Shown here in pieces: positions 63,655 through 64,000 of a stretch of DNA of 64,000 nt; position 1 is the stretch's first letter; the number at the start of each line of letters is the position of its first letter. Source of the stretch: Callorhinchus milii (Eukaryota); assembly GCF_018977255.1 (NCBI RefSeq), contig NW_024704742.1, positions 52,950,001 to 53,014,000 of the forward strand. Direction: 5' to 3'. The notes beneath the pieces are model-generated. The model was not told the DNA's origin. It saw nothing but the letters and a program-made list of their open reading frames with translations, and did not search any database. A program made the position numbers and the translations under genes.

Positions 63655-64000
63655 GTATAAGCCCTTCAAAAAAAAATCAATCCACTGCTGTGGGCAATTG
63701 GCTGCTGCCTTTCGCCCACAAAATATACAGTCAATTTACGTTACAGTATATTCTGTGAAGCACTTTGAGATGTCTCGAAGACGTGATAAGGCGCTATGTC
63801 AAATGCAAGGGTTATTATTATTTATAAATACATTTTTNCTTGAGCAACTTATTAAACTATTCCGTTTTTGCAATATATTATCAAACCACCATTTTGTGCT
63901 CTTAACATCACACTGAACACTGCCACCCAGAACATTAAACCATATTGAACGCTAACAGTCCTGTAGCTCAGTGGTTAGAGCACTCGCTTTGCAAGCGAGA
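63655..64000 (+). mobile_element. SINE tail fragment (63655-63823) and a SINE head cut by the window edge (63958-64000)
   Basis: Common tail sequence; GTCCTGTAGCTCAGTGGTTAGAGCACTCGC. Confidence 0.85.

Noticed and set aside
1..64000. CRISPR arrays, rRNA, operons or other prokaryotic systems
   Set aside because: None seen; the recurring sequences are dispersed retroposons in intron-rich vertebrate DNA

Overview
Vertebrate genomic DNA, by inference a cartilaginous fish and probably a holocephalan (chimaera), judged from the repeat families. Two spliced genes lie tail to tail, as they do on human 4q12. (1) CRACD/KIAA1211 on + has 9 coding exons traced by hand from 7293 to 43027, all with GT-AG boundaries and consistent phases. 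It gives 1214 aa from the MGTRALSHDSIFIP start at 15536, plus an in-phase upstream coding exon whose start codon was not found in the window. (2) The 3' part of AASDH on - has 8 exons from 62361 to 53110, covering the end of the adenylation domain, the carrier domain with GGDS, and the PQQ-type propeller. Introns and the intergenic gap are dense in mobile DNA: tRNA-headed SINEs with L2-type tails, older Deu-domain SINEs, L2 and CR1 LINE fragments (one young L2 with an open ORF2 end), two dead hAT transposases, Penelope-like inverted elements with decayed hammerhead motifs, and an unclassified long retroposon. I found no convincing wholly new biological system. The best leads are a Pumilio-element cluster in the putative CRACD 3' UTR, inverted repeat pairs next to exons, a CORE-like/Deu-like chimeric SINE with its L2 partner, and the unclassified retroposon. 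Family names come from remembered consensus sequences, not searches, and repeat boundaries are approximate.
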